From NCBI GenBank assembly GCA_964016885.1, contig OZ024743.1:157852001-157916000 (forward strand): a stretch of 64,000 nt of DNA, in the 5' to 3' direction. The DNA comes from Eledone cirrhosa. Its lineage: Eukaryota. This document shows positions 1-11,829 of the stretch, piece by piece. Both the position numbers and the translations under genes were made by a program. The notes under the pieces are model-generated. The model searched no databases. It was not told where the DNA came from and saw nothing but the letters and a program-made list of their open reading frames with translations. Within the stretch, counting starts at the first letter, position 1. Each line of letters starts with the position of its first letter.

Positions 1-804
1 TATAAATTATAATTTAACTTCATAACACTTTCAGGTTTCTCAAATTGAACAGATAACACTGATATAAGAATGAAATAATGTTTCTATATCATTTTTCTAC
101 GACTACAAGCCTACATTGTTATATATTTACAGTTTTTTGGTAAGTACGGTGAAGTCTATGCTTCACTAGGAATGTTTCATAAGACCCAAATTTCTCTAGG
201 GTGATCTTTATAACTTGCCTAAACTAAAAATATATACATTGCATGACGAACATGATAACAGCAATAAAATACATAAAATACTGTAATCATCATATAACTA
301 TATATATATATGATATAGAATTATTTAACACATTTAAAAATTAAGAAGTTAATACCGTAAAAGATTAATTTCATTTACTTGTGGTAGATAAGCTTGGTGT
401 GGTGTAAGTGTGGTAGAAATAGAGGCGTTAACTTGTCATTGTGCGTTTGGAGCGCTATGACGCTCCTCTCTTTGATTCCCGCTCATTTATCTTGGAATTG
501 TTGAGAAGGGACTGAGTCAATTGCGTTTTGGTCATCAATATGGTCAACAGTCGAGTTTCCTTTGCTTGCCTGGCTATTTTGCCTACATATAATGAGTTCC
601 GATAAAACCATAAAAGTGTCTATAACATCGCAGAATATGTACAAATGTTGTTGCTTCATTAAAGTTGCAAATAAATCAAGAAATGAACCCTAAAAGTAAA
701 TATAAAAAGAACATAAATATACATTTATCTTTCTGAAAAGTATTGTTATCCTCCAAGAGTCGATAAAAACACAAGGTTCTAAAAACCTTCGCTAAATACA
801 AACA

Positions 805-1050
805 ACTACCTCCCTACGGATATCTGACGCTGTACACCAGGTCCGAACACGGAAGAGCCGAACTCCCACTGTCATCGCCTCCATCTCTCTCGCCCTGCCC
901 ATCTCTCTGTATTATGAGCAAATGGAGTCCCATGTGCTGGCCGCCCCACGGCCCCGGTGGACACAGAATGGAGAAGGCGTTTCCTCGGAGGATGGTAAGG
1001 GAGATGCGTTGGAAGAGCCATTCCATCTCGCGAGGCTCACACATGCGGTT
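805..1050 (-). mobile_element. 3' fragment of CRE-type RLE non-LTR retrotransposon
   Basis: Translates WLFQRISLTILRGNAFSIL, the QRxSxxxxRGNA C-terminal motif of CRE-clade restriction-like endonucleases; 3' region homologous to 49012-49100. Confidence 0.75.
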
Positions 1051-1098
1051 AGCCAGCTATGGTGGTAAATAGTCTGTGGTAAGTGTGGTAAGTAGGGA

Positions 1099-1684
1099 GG
1101 TATGTCAAATTAATACTATAGAACAACAACTGTATCATACACACCCTATATATTTCCAGGAGTACTTAGTACCTGTGGGGATATTGATCTCTTTTTATAT
1201 ATTCTCCGTTATGTAGAGAACAAATCCTTTGTTTTATTTAGCTGCTATTTTTAGTGGCGTGATAGTCAACACGTCTATGTTTACTTCCGCTTCTACTAGG
1301 GGCTGGTTCATGCACAGGTCAAGTCTACGGCCTCATTCGATCCCGTGCTAGCTGGCAGGTGGCAATATATGTTGCCGTTCCTGGGACTTTTGTCCTAGGT
1401 AGGGAAAATGCTTTCTGAAGATCTGAACATTTCCATTGGAAGTCCCTAGGATTTCCAATCTTTTGTGAAGTGAAACCGTCGGTAAAAGGAATAGGTGAAT
1501 ATTTAAATTATATTTTTTTATTTATTTTAAAAAATTGTTTGAATTTGCTTGCTCCGCTTATCTCAATTTTTATAGTTCTGGTATGTCAAATTAATACCAT
1601 AGAACAACCACTGTATCATAGACACCCTATATATTTCCAAGGGTACTTAGTACCTGTCGGGATATTGATCTCCTTTTATATATA
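1099..1684 (+). mobile_element. Terminally redundant non-coding HHR element (retrozyme-like), monomer ~481 nt
   Basis: ~100 bp direct repeat 1099-1200 vs 1580-1684 (ggtatgtcaaattaatac...gatattgatctc), one HHR between them, no credible ORF, ends in a TA run. Confidence 0.75.
1411..1488 (+). ncRNA. Type I hammerhead ribozyme motif, intact core
   Basis: CUUU-CUGAAGA(1415-1421)-U-[stem II with inner hairpin AUUGGAAGUCC/GGAUUUCCAAU]-U-GAAAC-CGUCG-GUA(1482-1484)-AAAG; stems I, II and III all pair. Confidence 0.85.
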
Positions 1685-1694
1685 GTCCAGAAAT

Positions 1695-1745
1695 AGCCGT
1701 CCGACGGCTTGAACTCTGCCGTCGGGGTCATACTTTTTCCTATTT
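1695..1745 (+). other. 5'-truncated 3' half of an HHR element (stem III plus GUC)
   Basis: ACGGC...GCCGUC-GGGG then ...cttttccta and (TA)n; same family as 4522-4582. Confidence 0.5.
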
Positions 1746-1879
1746 TTTTATATATATATATATATATATATCGGACAAACGGGACGCCGTATGGCGGACC
1801 GTTTTGCCGAGGAAGAATCTGTGTCTAGAGGAAACATGCTAGACATATTACCCATTTTTACATGAAGTATATCCGTAGC

Positions 1880-2200
1880 ATTCTACACATCTGAAGGCGG
1901 ATAACATTCCCTGACACTGTGATTCAGCAAGCCAAACTCCTACGCTCATGCAGAAGATTTTGTTAAGATGTCAATAGCGTATACCAAAGTGGCTTCTGTA
2001 TGGTGACCACTGTCCGGAAAAGCGCGCTATTTGGAGAGGAAAGAAGTGATTGAAGGACTTCCTAAAAGAATCTGTAAAGCACCTCAATATTGTGGTTGTC
2101 TCTTGATAGCTACTTGCCTAAACTGACATACTTGGTGCTGTAGATTAAGAATGGTTTCCAAATATCTGGCCAAAAATTAGTACTGAGAAGAAGCATTCGT
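1880..2200 (+). pseudogene. Degraded RTE-clade LINE 3' ORF fragment
   Basis: Broken frames give RIPKWLLYG and LKDFLKESVK, matching the RTE RIPKxLLYGEL...RFKD motif. Confidence 0.55.
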
Positions 2201-2985
2201 GCCATGAGGTTAAAGCTACCAATACCCGAACTTTTACCCATGTATATGTCTCCTATATGTAGGGTAGCAATTCTGGTCTATTCACAGACCAACATTGGAA
2301 AGGAGAAAGTTGGAATTCTAGTATTACATTCATTTCGTAGTTGTAGCAATCACCTTATACATAAGTATTATTACAAGCATTTGCATCGAGATCTTTTTAA
2401 TGATGTCTACTGAGGAAACTGAAAAAAGTTAACAATATGAAATTTCTTTAAATATTCAAAGATTTTATACAAATCACCAATGATTTTATCTATTAGAATG
2501 GGATTGATATCATTAGAGATGTTTGTCTTCTATATCAAACCAGTACATACTGACTGCCTTGCTGGGTAATATTGTTTCAATATATCATTACGCAATCTTA
2601 ATTTCATCTGTTTAAACCTTTTTTGGGTAATTTACTGTTATCCTGCTTACTCTAATGCAACTATTTTGTTTACAAAAGATTCAAATACGAATTACTGGTG
2701 CGAATTAGAAACAATAAGGTTTTAAGGGATATATCTATGCACTACTGGACCTGTAATCTTTTCCTTGTGTCTCAGAACTAAATTATAACAGCAATAAAAT
2801 GTTAAGTGTAGACATGTGTTTCATTTCAATCTTCAAATTATTTAATTCTTTGTCGTTCAAGACTGTTGGCGCTGCCTGGCCGAATGGTTAAAAGATTCGC
2901 TTTGCAATCATTAGGCCCTGGGTATGATAACACTGCGAGGCATCTTTGGCATGCATTATTTACCATAGCTTTATAGCCCTTGCCA

Positions 2986-3106
2986 TTCTGAGTTCAAATC
3001 CCGCCGAGGTTAACTTTGCCTTTCATCCTTACGGGGGTCGATAAAATAAAGTACCAGTAATCTACTGGGTAATTGCTGGCCTTGTGCCAAAAGTAGAAAC
3101 AATTAT
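2986..3106 (+). mobile_element. Young tRNA-SINE (5'-truncated) nested in an older tRNA-SINE (~2865-3200)
   Basis: B box gagttcaaatcc, core gcctttcatccttacggggtcgataaaataaagtaccag, tail aaagtagaaacaatt; attatttaccatagct occurs at both 2955 and 3102. Confidence 0.8.
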
Positions 3107-4154
3107 TTACCATAGCTCCGGGTCGACCCATACCATGTAAGTGAAACTGGGTAGATGGAAACTGTTTAGAAATCCGAACAACTTGAGCACTCATCGTCAA
3201 AACGACGGAGATCCATTCTTTGGTTTCAATACTAACATGGTAGAGGAAATACAAACCAATACTGTCACGTTGCTGTCATGTAACTGTTGCTGTACTTTTG
3301 TTCTTTTAGTTGTTGATTTTTGTTTGTTTGTTTCTTCCTTGCAGTTGCTGTTGTAAATGTTATTAATGTTTTTTGTATGCAACCATTATGATATCCGTGT
3401 GTTTACATCAAAACTAATATCTGTATTTTCTTAATACTCTTCAATCTTCATTATTGCCATTTCCTTTTTTAATCAGCAGCAGACTTGTCTTTAACAAGGA
3501 ACCCTATAGAGCTACAAGCACATAAAAATTACTTACTCAGCGTGTACCCATTATTAGGGTGCAGCATTATGTCGATCCTGCTTTCTCATTGGTGGTTTCC
3601 TGTTTCGTGTTTTAGACGCGTAGTAACGCAATTAAAAACAACTATTTTAGGACTAGTGACCTGGGGTGAAGGCCACATACCAATTTTTATTCCGTCGTAT
3701 TTTCAGTGCTTTTAAAATAATTTTTGTCAGGGATAAACACGCATTTGGGCATATGCACGTATGGACGTACATGTATGTATGTGTGTGTGTGTGTGTGTGT
3801 GTGTGGATGCAAGCACGTGTGTGATATGAATTTTAAACTTATGCGTATGTATGTATACATAAAATGATATATGCAAGTATACATATATAATGATTTCCAT
3901 ATGTATAGTTAAACAGATGCACTTCCAAAAAGGGAAGTCTGATCAAAGATTTATGGTGACTTATGTACTGAAATACCTTTTAAGTGCTGTAAATTTCAAT
4001 GCATTTACATATTATTTGTCAGTGAGGAAAAGGCTATTGCATAGTCTAATTAGCTTTTTTAGATACGCAGAGGATAGAATTAATGTTTTCCTTTCGTTTT
4101 GTCTTGTTTTAAGCTAGGAAAAAGGCAGCTTCAGATGGATTAGTGTTCAGAAGC

Positions 4155-4521
<367 letters not shown>

Positions 4522-4524
<3 letters not shown>

Positions 4525-4582
4525 AAAAGAGTGAGGACCCCGACGGCTGAGCTCCGGCCGTTTCGACAGCTAAATCTGAACT
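4522..4582 (-). other. 3' half of an HHR element between TA runs
   Basis: Minus strand GAAAC-GGC cggagcuca GCC-GUC-GGGG, then ucuuuuccua and (TA)n. Confidence 0.6.
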
Positions 4583-4641
4583 ATATATATATATATATAA
4601 TACAAGGAATAATTGTTACTCGCTTATTACGTTTATTAGTT

Positions 4642-4726
4642 GGTGACGCGCGTTTCGCTACTGATCAGCTCAAGGTTCGATCTGTATGGATTTAACCCGA
4701 CACTGGAATCAAAAGCTCGTCGGACC
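4642..4726 (-). ncRNA. Type I HHR motif (U4C variant) inside foldback insert 4598-4775
   Basis: Minus strand GGU-CCGACGA-GCU...AGC-GAAAC-GCGC-GUC-ACC; flanks 4600-4640 and 4731-4772 are imperfect inverted repeats. Confidence 0.75.
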
Positions 4727-4786
4727 TCTTTAGTAGTAAACGTAATGAAGGAGTAACCATTCGTCCTTGTATTATTATATTACCCT

Positions 4787-5172
4787 GGGGCGGTGGATTG
4801 GCAGTATCGGTAGAGAGTCGGACACCATGCTTTGAAGTATAGTGTCACGTCCCTTTATGATCTGAGTTCAAATCCCGCCGAGGTTGCCTTTCATCCTTAC
4901 GGGGTCGATAAAATAAAGTACCAGTAATGTACTGGGTAATTGCTGGCCTTGTGCCTAAAATAGAAACAATTATTATATTACCCTTGCGGTGGATTGGCAG
5001 TATCGGTAGAGGGTCGGACGCCATGCTTTGCAGCACAATTACGTCACTTTACGGACTGAGTTCAAATCTCGCCGAGGTTAACTTTGCCTTTCATCCTTAC
5101 GGGGTCGATAAAATAAAGTACCAGTAATGCACTGGGTAATTGCTGGCCTTGTGCCAAAAGTAGAAACAATTA
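4787..5172 (+). mobile_element. Two head-to-tail full-length tRNA-SINE copies (4787-4972, 4986-5172)
   Basis: A-box-like tggcagtatcgg, B box gagttcaaatcc/ctc, shared core and tail. Confidence 0.9.
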
Positions 5173-5290
5173 TTATATTACACTCTGTCTAGCTCTACAC
5201 CTCGATACTGACGTGAACCTAAACATCGAGTGCTCACCCGGGTGAACCTACAGTAACTTCGCGTTACACTCCCTGGATATACGTGTGTGT

Positions 5291-5344
<54 letters not shown>

Positions 5345-5345
<1 letters not shown>

Positions 5346-6485
5346 TCTTTTGCCTGTTCCAGCCATCCAGCTGAGACCATGCTGGGGCACCGCTCTTGTT
5401 GCTACACATTATGTATCCAGCATATGTTGGCTGGCCATTGGTGTAAAAGAGAGTTCGTTGCTGCTGCCCTTAGGTTACCTTCGTACCGTGCTGTAGACTC
5501 ATCCGGGATCCTGGATAGCAGAGTGTCAAGATACTTCTTGAAAATATCCACGTCCATACCATGCATATCTCTCAAATTTCTTGGCAGCATGTTGAAGAGT
5601 TGAGGGTCTTTGCACCCCAGGCTATTTCAACATCTACTCCTTATTCTAAATGTGTAAGACAGAACCTTTGGCACCACACAGTGACGTCCTGTTCGGGGGT
5701 TCGTCCAGCTCTCAATGCCAACGTTTGGTGCTAGTCCCTGTAGGATTTTCCAGATGTATATCACTGCGGATCTCTCCCTTCTTCGTTCCAAGAAGTAGAG
5801 TTTCAGCTTTTTTAGCCTCTCCCAGTAGCTCATCTCCTTCACCGTTACAGTCATCTTGGTGTAGCTTCGTTGGATTATCTCAAGCTCTGTGGTTAGTTTG
5901 ATACTATGGGGTTGCCACCGCTGGAATCAGTAGTCCAGTCGGCTTACGACAAATGTCCTCCATAGTATCAACGTGGTCTCTTGGTCTCTTGTCCGAAAAG
6001 TCCTCAAGATCCAGCCAACGAGTCTTCTGCACATTGTCGCCACTCTCATGATGTATGTCGAAACATATGCATCGTCACTCACGTCTATCCACAGGTCTCG
6101 TATCGATTTCGACACGGGGATTTCGAACCCTCCTGGTTGGTATTGTATGGCTTGAAATTTTCCAGCATTAAACTGCATGTTGTTGTCCTCAGCCTATTTG
6201 TATATGGCATCCAGATCTTGTTGTAAAAGGGAATCAGCGGGGTTTTTTATTGCCTGTGCTACCTTTGTGTCATCAGCATAGCTAGTGAGGAATATTGTAT
6301 GTACTACAGAGGGCATGTCTGAGAGAGCCACCAAAAACAGTAGTGGTCCCAAGAATGAACCCTGGGGCAGCCCACTTCTTATTGATGTTTCCTTTGAGAG
6401 GATCCCAGTGGCTGCAGCTGCCTGGCTTCTGTATTTGAAGAAATCATGCAGCTACTCACCTACCTACTTTTCCAGTTATGCATAA
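5345..6485 (-). mobile_element. CR1/L2-group LINE, 3' part of ORF2 (RT), degraded
   Basis: Minus frames give PQGSFLGPLLFL, YADDTK, MQFNAGK and YWERLKKLKLY.LERRRER. Confidence 0.85.
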
Positions 6486-6664
6486 CTGGATTTCTCGTGA
6501 TATTCCATTCGGAATACCGTTATTTTCCTAATGAAACTGCAGAAGGGACATTAAAGTAAGTAACGATTTTTTTCTTAACTTGTTTGCCTTTTCCATATTT
6601 GATATATATATATATATATATGTATACTGCCTAAGCCCCAATCTTAAAACTAGTGGATGGTGTC

Positions 6665-7270
6665 ATCGTTCACGCAACATAACTTGGTTTACGTCTCCCC
6701 CATTACGCTGACGTCACAACACCAATTGGGAAGATTTCCTTCAAACATTTCCCACCACACCATCGCTACCACAATATTTTTAACAAAAACACAGTCGTGG
6801 TTCATTACAGCACCGCACCTAACTTCGCACAAATAATCACGTCCTCTAACACTGCAAAACTCAAATCTAATAGATCCCTCTCAGACCTCGGTAAAGGAAA
6901 AACTAGGCCATGTAATTGCACGGAAAAAAATCAATGTCTGCCCATTAAACCACAAATGTTGGCAACGGAACCTCGTGTACATGTGCACTGTCACGACCGA
7001 ACATACAAACAGTCAACATCGAATTAACTGCCTGCGAATTGAAGACAAGATTCTACCAACATCAACATACCTTTAGAAACCCGGTCCGCGATAACATTAC
7101 CTAGGAACTGAATTAGAGTACCTTGACAAAGGCCAAACCTTATATAGAAGACGCCGCCCGAGTAATTTATGCTCCGAAGAAACCATCCAAATTTTGTTCG
7201 GCAAAGAACAACTAAAAGGATGAACTCGTAACTTCGTGTAAACACCTGATTTACAAAACGTACCTCAACT
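6665..7270 (+). pseudogene. Penelope-like element relic: RT thumb/linker plus C-terminal GIY-YIG endonuclease (Hydra-clade-like)
   Basis: RNITWFTSP..PIGK..KHFPPHHRYHNIFNKNTVVVHYST.PN, CNCTEKNQC (CxCx5C linker), NLVY, ELKTRFYQHQHTF; frameshifted; starts just after a TA run. Confidence 0.8.
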
Positions 7271-8520
7271 TCAGACCGTCTTACGAACTAGGAAGGTAAG
7301 ACTATTTTCCCAACATCTATTGTGCACATCCGCTCTGGCATATACACCCTTAGGTAAACACAGTACATTTGCACACACAATTTTGCCTCCACACAGATAC
7401 ACACCTACGTCCACACAATACAGGTACACACACGAGCATGACTCCACCTACATTTCACCTGCAGATCCCACAAGACCATATATGAAGCCAGCACCTAGAA
7501 TGACACCCAAATTTAGCGCTTACATAAACACCTGCGCTGACGGGGCCACATACAGAAGCAGCTCAATGTACACCAACCTGACCCACACATTCAACTCTTA
7601 AGCCATACAGGATTACTCCTAAATAGGTTCGCACCACAACACCAAACCAATAGTGGCGTTAAAACGACATCCCGACACACTTTATTTATATGAATATCTA
7701 ATTGCACGCGGGCAGTCGCCTCCCCAGTACAGACACTCAAGACAAACTTAGACCTCCTATACTGGATAATAAATAAATAATAATTATCCATACCAACACA
7801 CTTTTTCACAACAAATACAAAAATGTCATCATCAGTACCCTCAAACAACTGCTTACACACACACAAACCCACATACATACAAGTGTACTAAGTACTTTAT
7901 ATATACACACATACGCAAACACACCATCTACATACATACGCCTTTTGACTCCGTAGTACTAGGATTCATCTAAATTAAAACATTAACATTACTCCACCCG
8001 TAGATTAAGGTATTTTAAGTGTTCCGCAAAACAAACAGTAATAGTTACAACAATGACTCAAATTAAACACACTCTCTGGCATACATAGCCACCCACGACA
8101 ATCTTAGGCATACTATATGGCAGTACGAAAATATAATTATTTCAACACCACACACGCATACCTCTAGGACGCCAAAGCCCCACATACATACAAATATAAT
8201 AAGTGGCATATGCACACATATTCGCACCCACAACTCCACACTCCATAGTATTAGAACTCATCTAATTAAAATGTGTGTGTGTGTTCTTTTTAATGCATAC
8301 TTATATCCGTAATTTACGGTAAATTAAATTTTTGTTTAGCAAACAATAACAAATACAACAAAAAACTCGAATTTATACACCTACTAACTCGAAACTACCG
8401 ACTATATGATCTGTGATCTATTAAGATAACTAATAAATAGGTTCTTTCGTTGATAGATATATTCGATTTGATAGGGTGAAAGCAGCGATTCTTTGCTTAA
8501 ACTTTAATCTGTTATATATA

Positions 8521-9162
8521 TATATATATAAATATGTTATAAGGAGTCGTGGCCCGACGGCTGGGCTCTTGCCGTTTCAACAGGCAGACTGATTGCCAAA
8601 GGGCTCTCGGTTAACTGGCCGTATCACCAGGGGCGTGGCCAGTCCATATAAAGGTATAAGCTGTCCTTCCAAGTGTAAATTTTCCTTATAGGATGTTGCA
8701 GAAAAAGTTTTAGAATGAATTGATTGTATTTTATATATACAGATACACTTATACACATGTTTATATATTTTATATGTTTATGGAGTAGTTGTGTGTGTTG
8801 GTGTGTAGCTATGCAAGCGTGTATGTGTGTGTTTATGTGCGCATCTCTGTCTATATGTATGTTTCCTTAATTATGTGGGGATGGGTAAGATAGAAGCATT
8901 GTTAAGCAGATTTATGGGGTTGGGTGTAAATGTGTCTACTACTAGGCATATCGTTCACAATTTGCAGACACCAGAGCCAAGGAACTGACGCCTATAAGGA
9001 AAATTTACACTTGGAAGGACAGCTTATACCTTTATATGGACAGGCCACGCCCCTGGTGATACGGCCAGTTAACCGAGAGCCCTTTGGCAATCAGTCTTCC
9101 TGTTGAAACGGGAAGAGCCCAGCCGTCGGGCCACGACTCCTTATAACATATTTATATATATA
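8521..9162. mobile_element. Foldback insert in (TA)n: ~170 bp inverted arms (8521-8692 / 8991-9162) with ~300 bp spacer
   Basis: Arms differ at about 3 positions; both end at the same base next to (TA)n. Confidence 0.9.
9049..9131 (+). ncRNA. Type I HHR-like motif (A6G variant); mirror copy on minus at ~8551-8634
   Basis: GCCC-CUGGUGA-U-ACGG...CUGU-U-GAAAC-GG...CC-GUC-GGGC. Confidence 0.65.
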
Positions 9163-9477
9163 TTATGAAAATAAACCAAAGAAGCCTTCAATACATCAAA
9201 AGTCTTTATTAGCAACAATGTATGTACACTCCATATTCTTCTGTGTTTTTGGCTTGTATTGGCCGATAGTGCTTCTTATAGCTTTAATTGCCCTGATGAG
9301 TCCTTAATAGGACGAAACATTGTTGGCTAATAAAGACTTTTGATGTATTGAATGCTTCTTTGGTTTATTTTCATAATTCTTCGGCTCTGTTTAATTACAT
9401 TGAGCTATACCTTTACTGTCATTTCTATAATACGAAGAGGGTGTTTAACTCCAACACACTCTAGTATTTTAATTCGT
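9162..9477 (+). mobile_element. HHR element with a 5' inverted copy of its own post-ribozyme segment, in (TA)n
   Basis: 9162-9220 is the reverse complement of 9318-9377; ~100 bp tail follows; TA runs on both sides. Confidence 0.85.
9290..9327 (+). ncRNA. Canonical minimal type I hammerhead ribozyme
   Basis: GCC-CUGAUGA-GUCC UUAAUA GGAC-GAAAC-AUU-GUU-GGC; stem I extends further (cuuua/uaaag). Confidence 0.9.
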
Positions 9478-9494
9478 ATATATATATATATATA

Positions 9495-9690
9495 TAACAG
9501 ATTAAAGTTTAAGCAAAGAATCGCTGCTTTCACCCTTAACGGGATCTTCCGTTAAGGGTGAAAGCAGCGATTCTTTGCTTAAACTAATCTGTTATTTTAA
9601 TAAATATTTGCTCTAGGGTTCTTATATATTTGATATATATTTATCCTTATCGAGCCCTCTTTGGATTTTATTCTTCATATTTATTATTAT
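9495..9690. mobile_element. Foldback insert (~46 bp arms plus tail); family also at 8472-8514, 41780-41830 and 56725-57265
   Basis: Arm taacagattaaagtttaagcaaagaatcgctgctttcaccc and its reverse complement; tail shared with 56826-56920. Confidence 0.85.
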
Positions 9691-9705
9691 ATATGTGTAT
9701 GTATT

Positions 9706-9806
9706 GCCGAGGTTAACTTTGCCTTTCATCCTTACGGGGTCGATAAAATAAAGTACCAGTAACGTACTGGGTAATTGCTGGCCTTGTGCCAAATGTAGAA
9801 ACAATT
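9706..9806 (+). mobile_element. tRNA-SINE 3' half ending in (TA)n
   Basis: Core and tail match 4787-4972. Confidence 0.9.
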
Positions 9807-11829
9807 ATATATATATATACGTGTATTCTTGTGTCTATTCTTATAGTTTAGTTCAGCAAATATTGTTTGTTACCGAATTGGCAAAAACAACATAGAGCTA
9901 AGTGCGAACGAGTGCTTTGGGTGAAGTTGGAATTTATATAAGAAATTTTAAAGGTGAAAAAGACTACATATTGGACTCAGAGAGTCTTCATTTATATGTT
10001 GTTTACATCAATATAATAGCTCATTTTGCCAGTTTATTTGGAGATCAAGGGATAAAGAATGGACATGCGTGTGCATAATTAGATAAACTTGCAAAATCTG
10101 GTAAAGGATCGACATACTAAGAACGCCGTTTTTTCTGGATAAACTTCCAATGATTCGCCACCCAAAGTATCGATCCTGAAACATCTGGTTTCAAAGCAAA
10201 TCTCTTAACCTGACACAGTCATGATATTTTTGTGTTGTTTTTTTTTTCTTTCTTTCTTTCATATTGCTTAGAACCGTTTTCCTTCTGGACAAACACGATA
10301 TGTTGCGTCTAGACACATCAAAGATTCACAAACTTGCGTCATTGATATTGCTTCTCGCTCATAGAAAATAAAACCGACCCGTTTTTAATATTCAATGAAA
10401 ACTACATAAATTAAACTTGCTGAGTATAATTATACATGTGTATGTAGGTATGTATGTGTATAACTATAAATAAATAAATAAATAAAATAAATAAATAAAC
10501 GGGTGTGAACGTACTTGCAAAGATTCAAGCGCCGGGACATTGAACCCTAAACCATATGGTTACGAAGCAAACACCTTAACCACAAACCCACACCTTATGA
10601 TATAGTTGCGTCTACGAAACCACTGATGGTTCACAAATACAACATTGTGTTAATATATATGTGTGTGTGTTTCTGTGTCCATGTGTGTGTGTGTGTTTTA
10701 GTGCTTGTGATTGTTTGTGAGTGTGTGTATTTGTTACACAAGTGCTAGTGACACTCTTATCATCGTCACTATCTTTACGATCTACTCCACACATTCTTGT
10801 AACTACAACTGTTATCACTAGCAATGCTGCTACCATCATTACCACCCTGGCTTCAACCATCACTTGCACCAACACAAAGATTACCACGCTGCCATTTGTA
10901 GTCTCATTACTACTACCACTATGTCATATTAAAAACTATATGAATAGACAGGTTTCTTATATGGGCCACTACAGTTTCTGTAGCCTTCAACGATGCTATG
11001 ACAATTTAAAACAACATATCAAGCAGACAATTCTTGTTTCTCTCTACACTCCATAAATATTTTCACATCTGTTTGCCATCTTTGAAATACAACGGCCTCT
11101 GAGCAAACAGTTTTCTGTTATTTTGTATATGTTAAGTAAATGCATCTCCGTCAGTTTCAACGATGAATATTGTAGTTATCTAATCGAGTAAACACCCTAG
11201 ATAAATAAATTTACATATAGGTGACTAAGATACGGGTAACCTTAATGTAATTCTCGGGCAGAAACAGCGTAACGCTCGTTGGATTACAGGTGCAGTTTCC
11301 ATCTCCACAATTTCACTCTCAATATTTCTCTTAGCGTACAGTAATAGAAAAAGACACTTAATATGCCACATAGAGAGATCGTATCCTATATGTGATGACT
11401 GCGAAGCGATCATCACGTTTTTAGCTATATGTAAACACACACAAACGCACGCGCACACACCTACACAAGCACGCATACAAACAAACTTACAAAACTAACA
11501 ACGTTTCGCGAGATGAAGGGGGGTGTTTATAATATAATATATTGTATTGCATTTTATATATTTTTGCAAGTTGAGGAAGAGCAACAACCATGGTTCTTTT
11601 CAGGTTTACCTAGACTGGTGGAAAATCATACTCATCCTCAGATCGGAGACTGGTCTAAATGCTTGCAAGAGATGAGAATATGCTAATGACATTTGAATGT
11701 CAGGTGGTGTTATTACAATATACATTGTGTGTATAATATATAAGATATAAAGGCAGTGAATTAGCAGAATTTATCTTTCAAAGTGAAAAGGCTTGTGTTC
11801 TTCGCTTGCAGACATATATTAAGTTCCTT

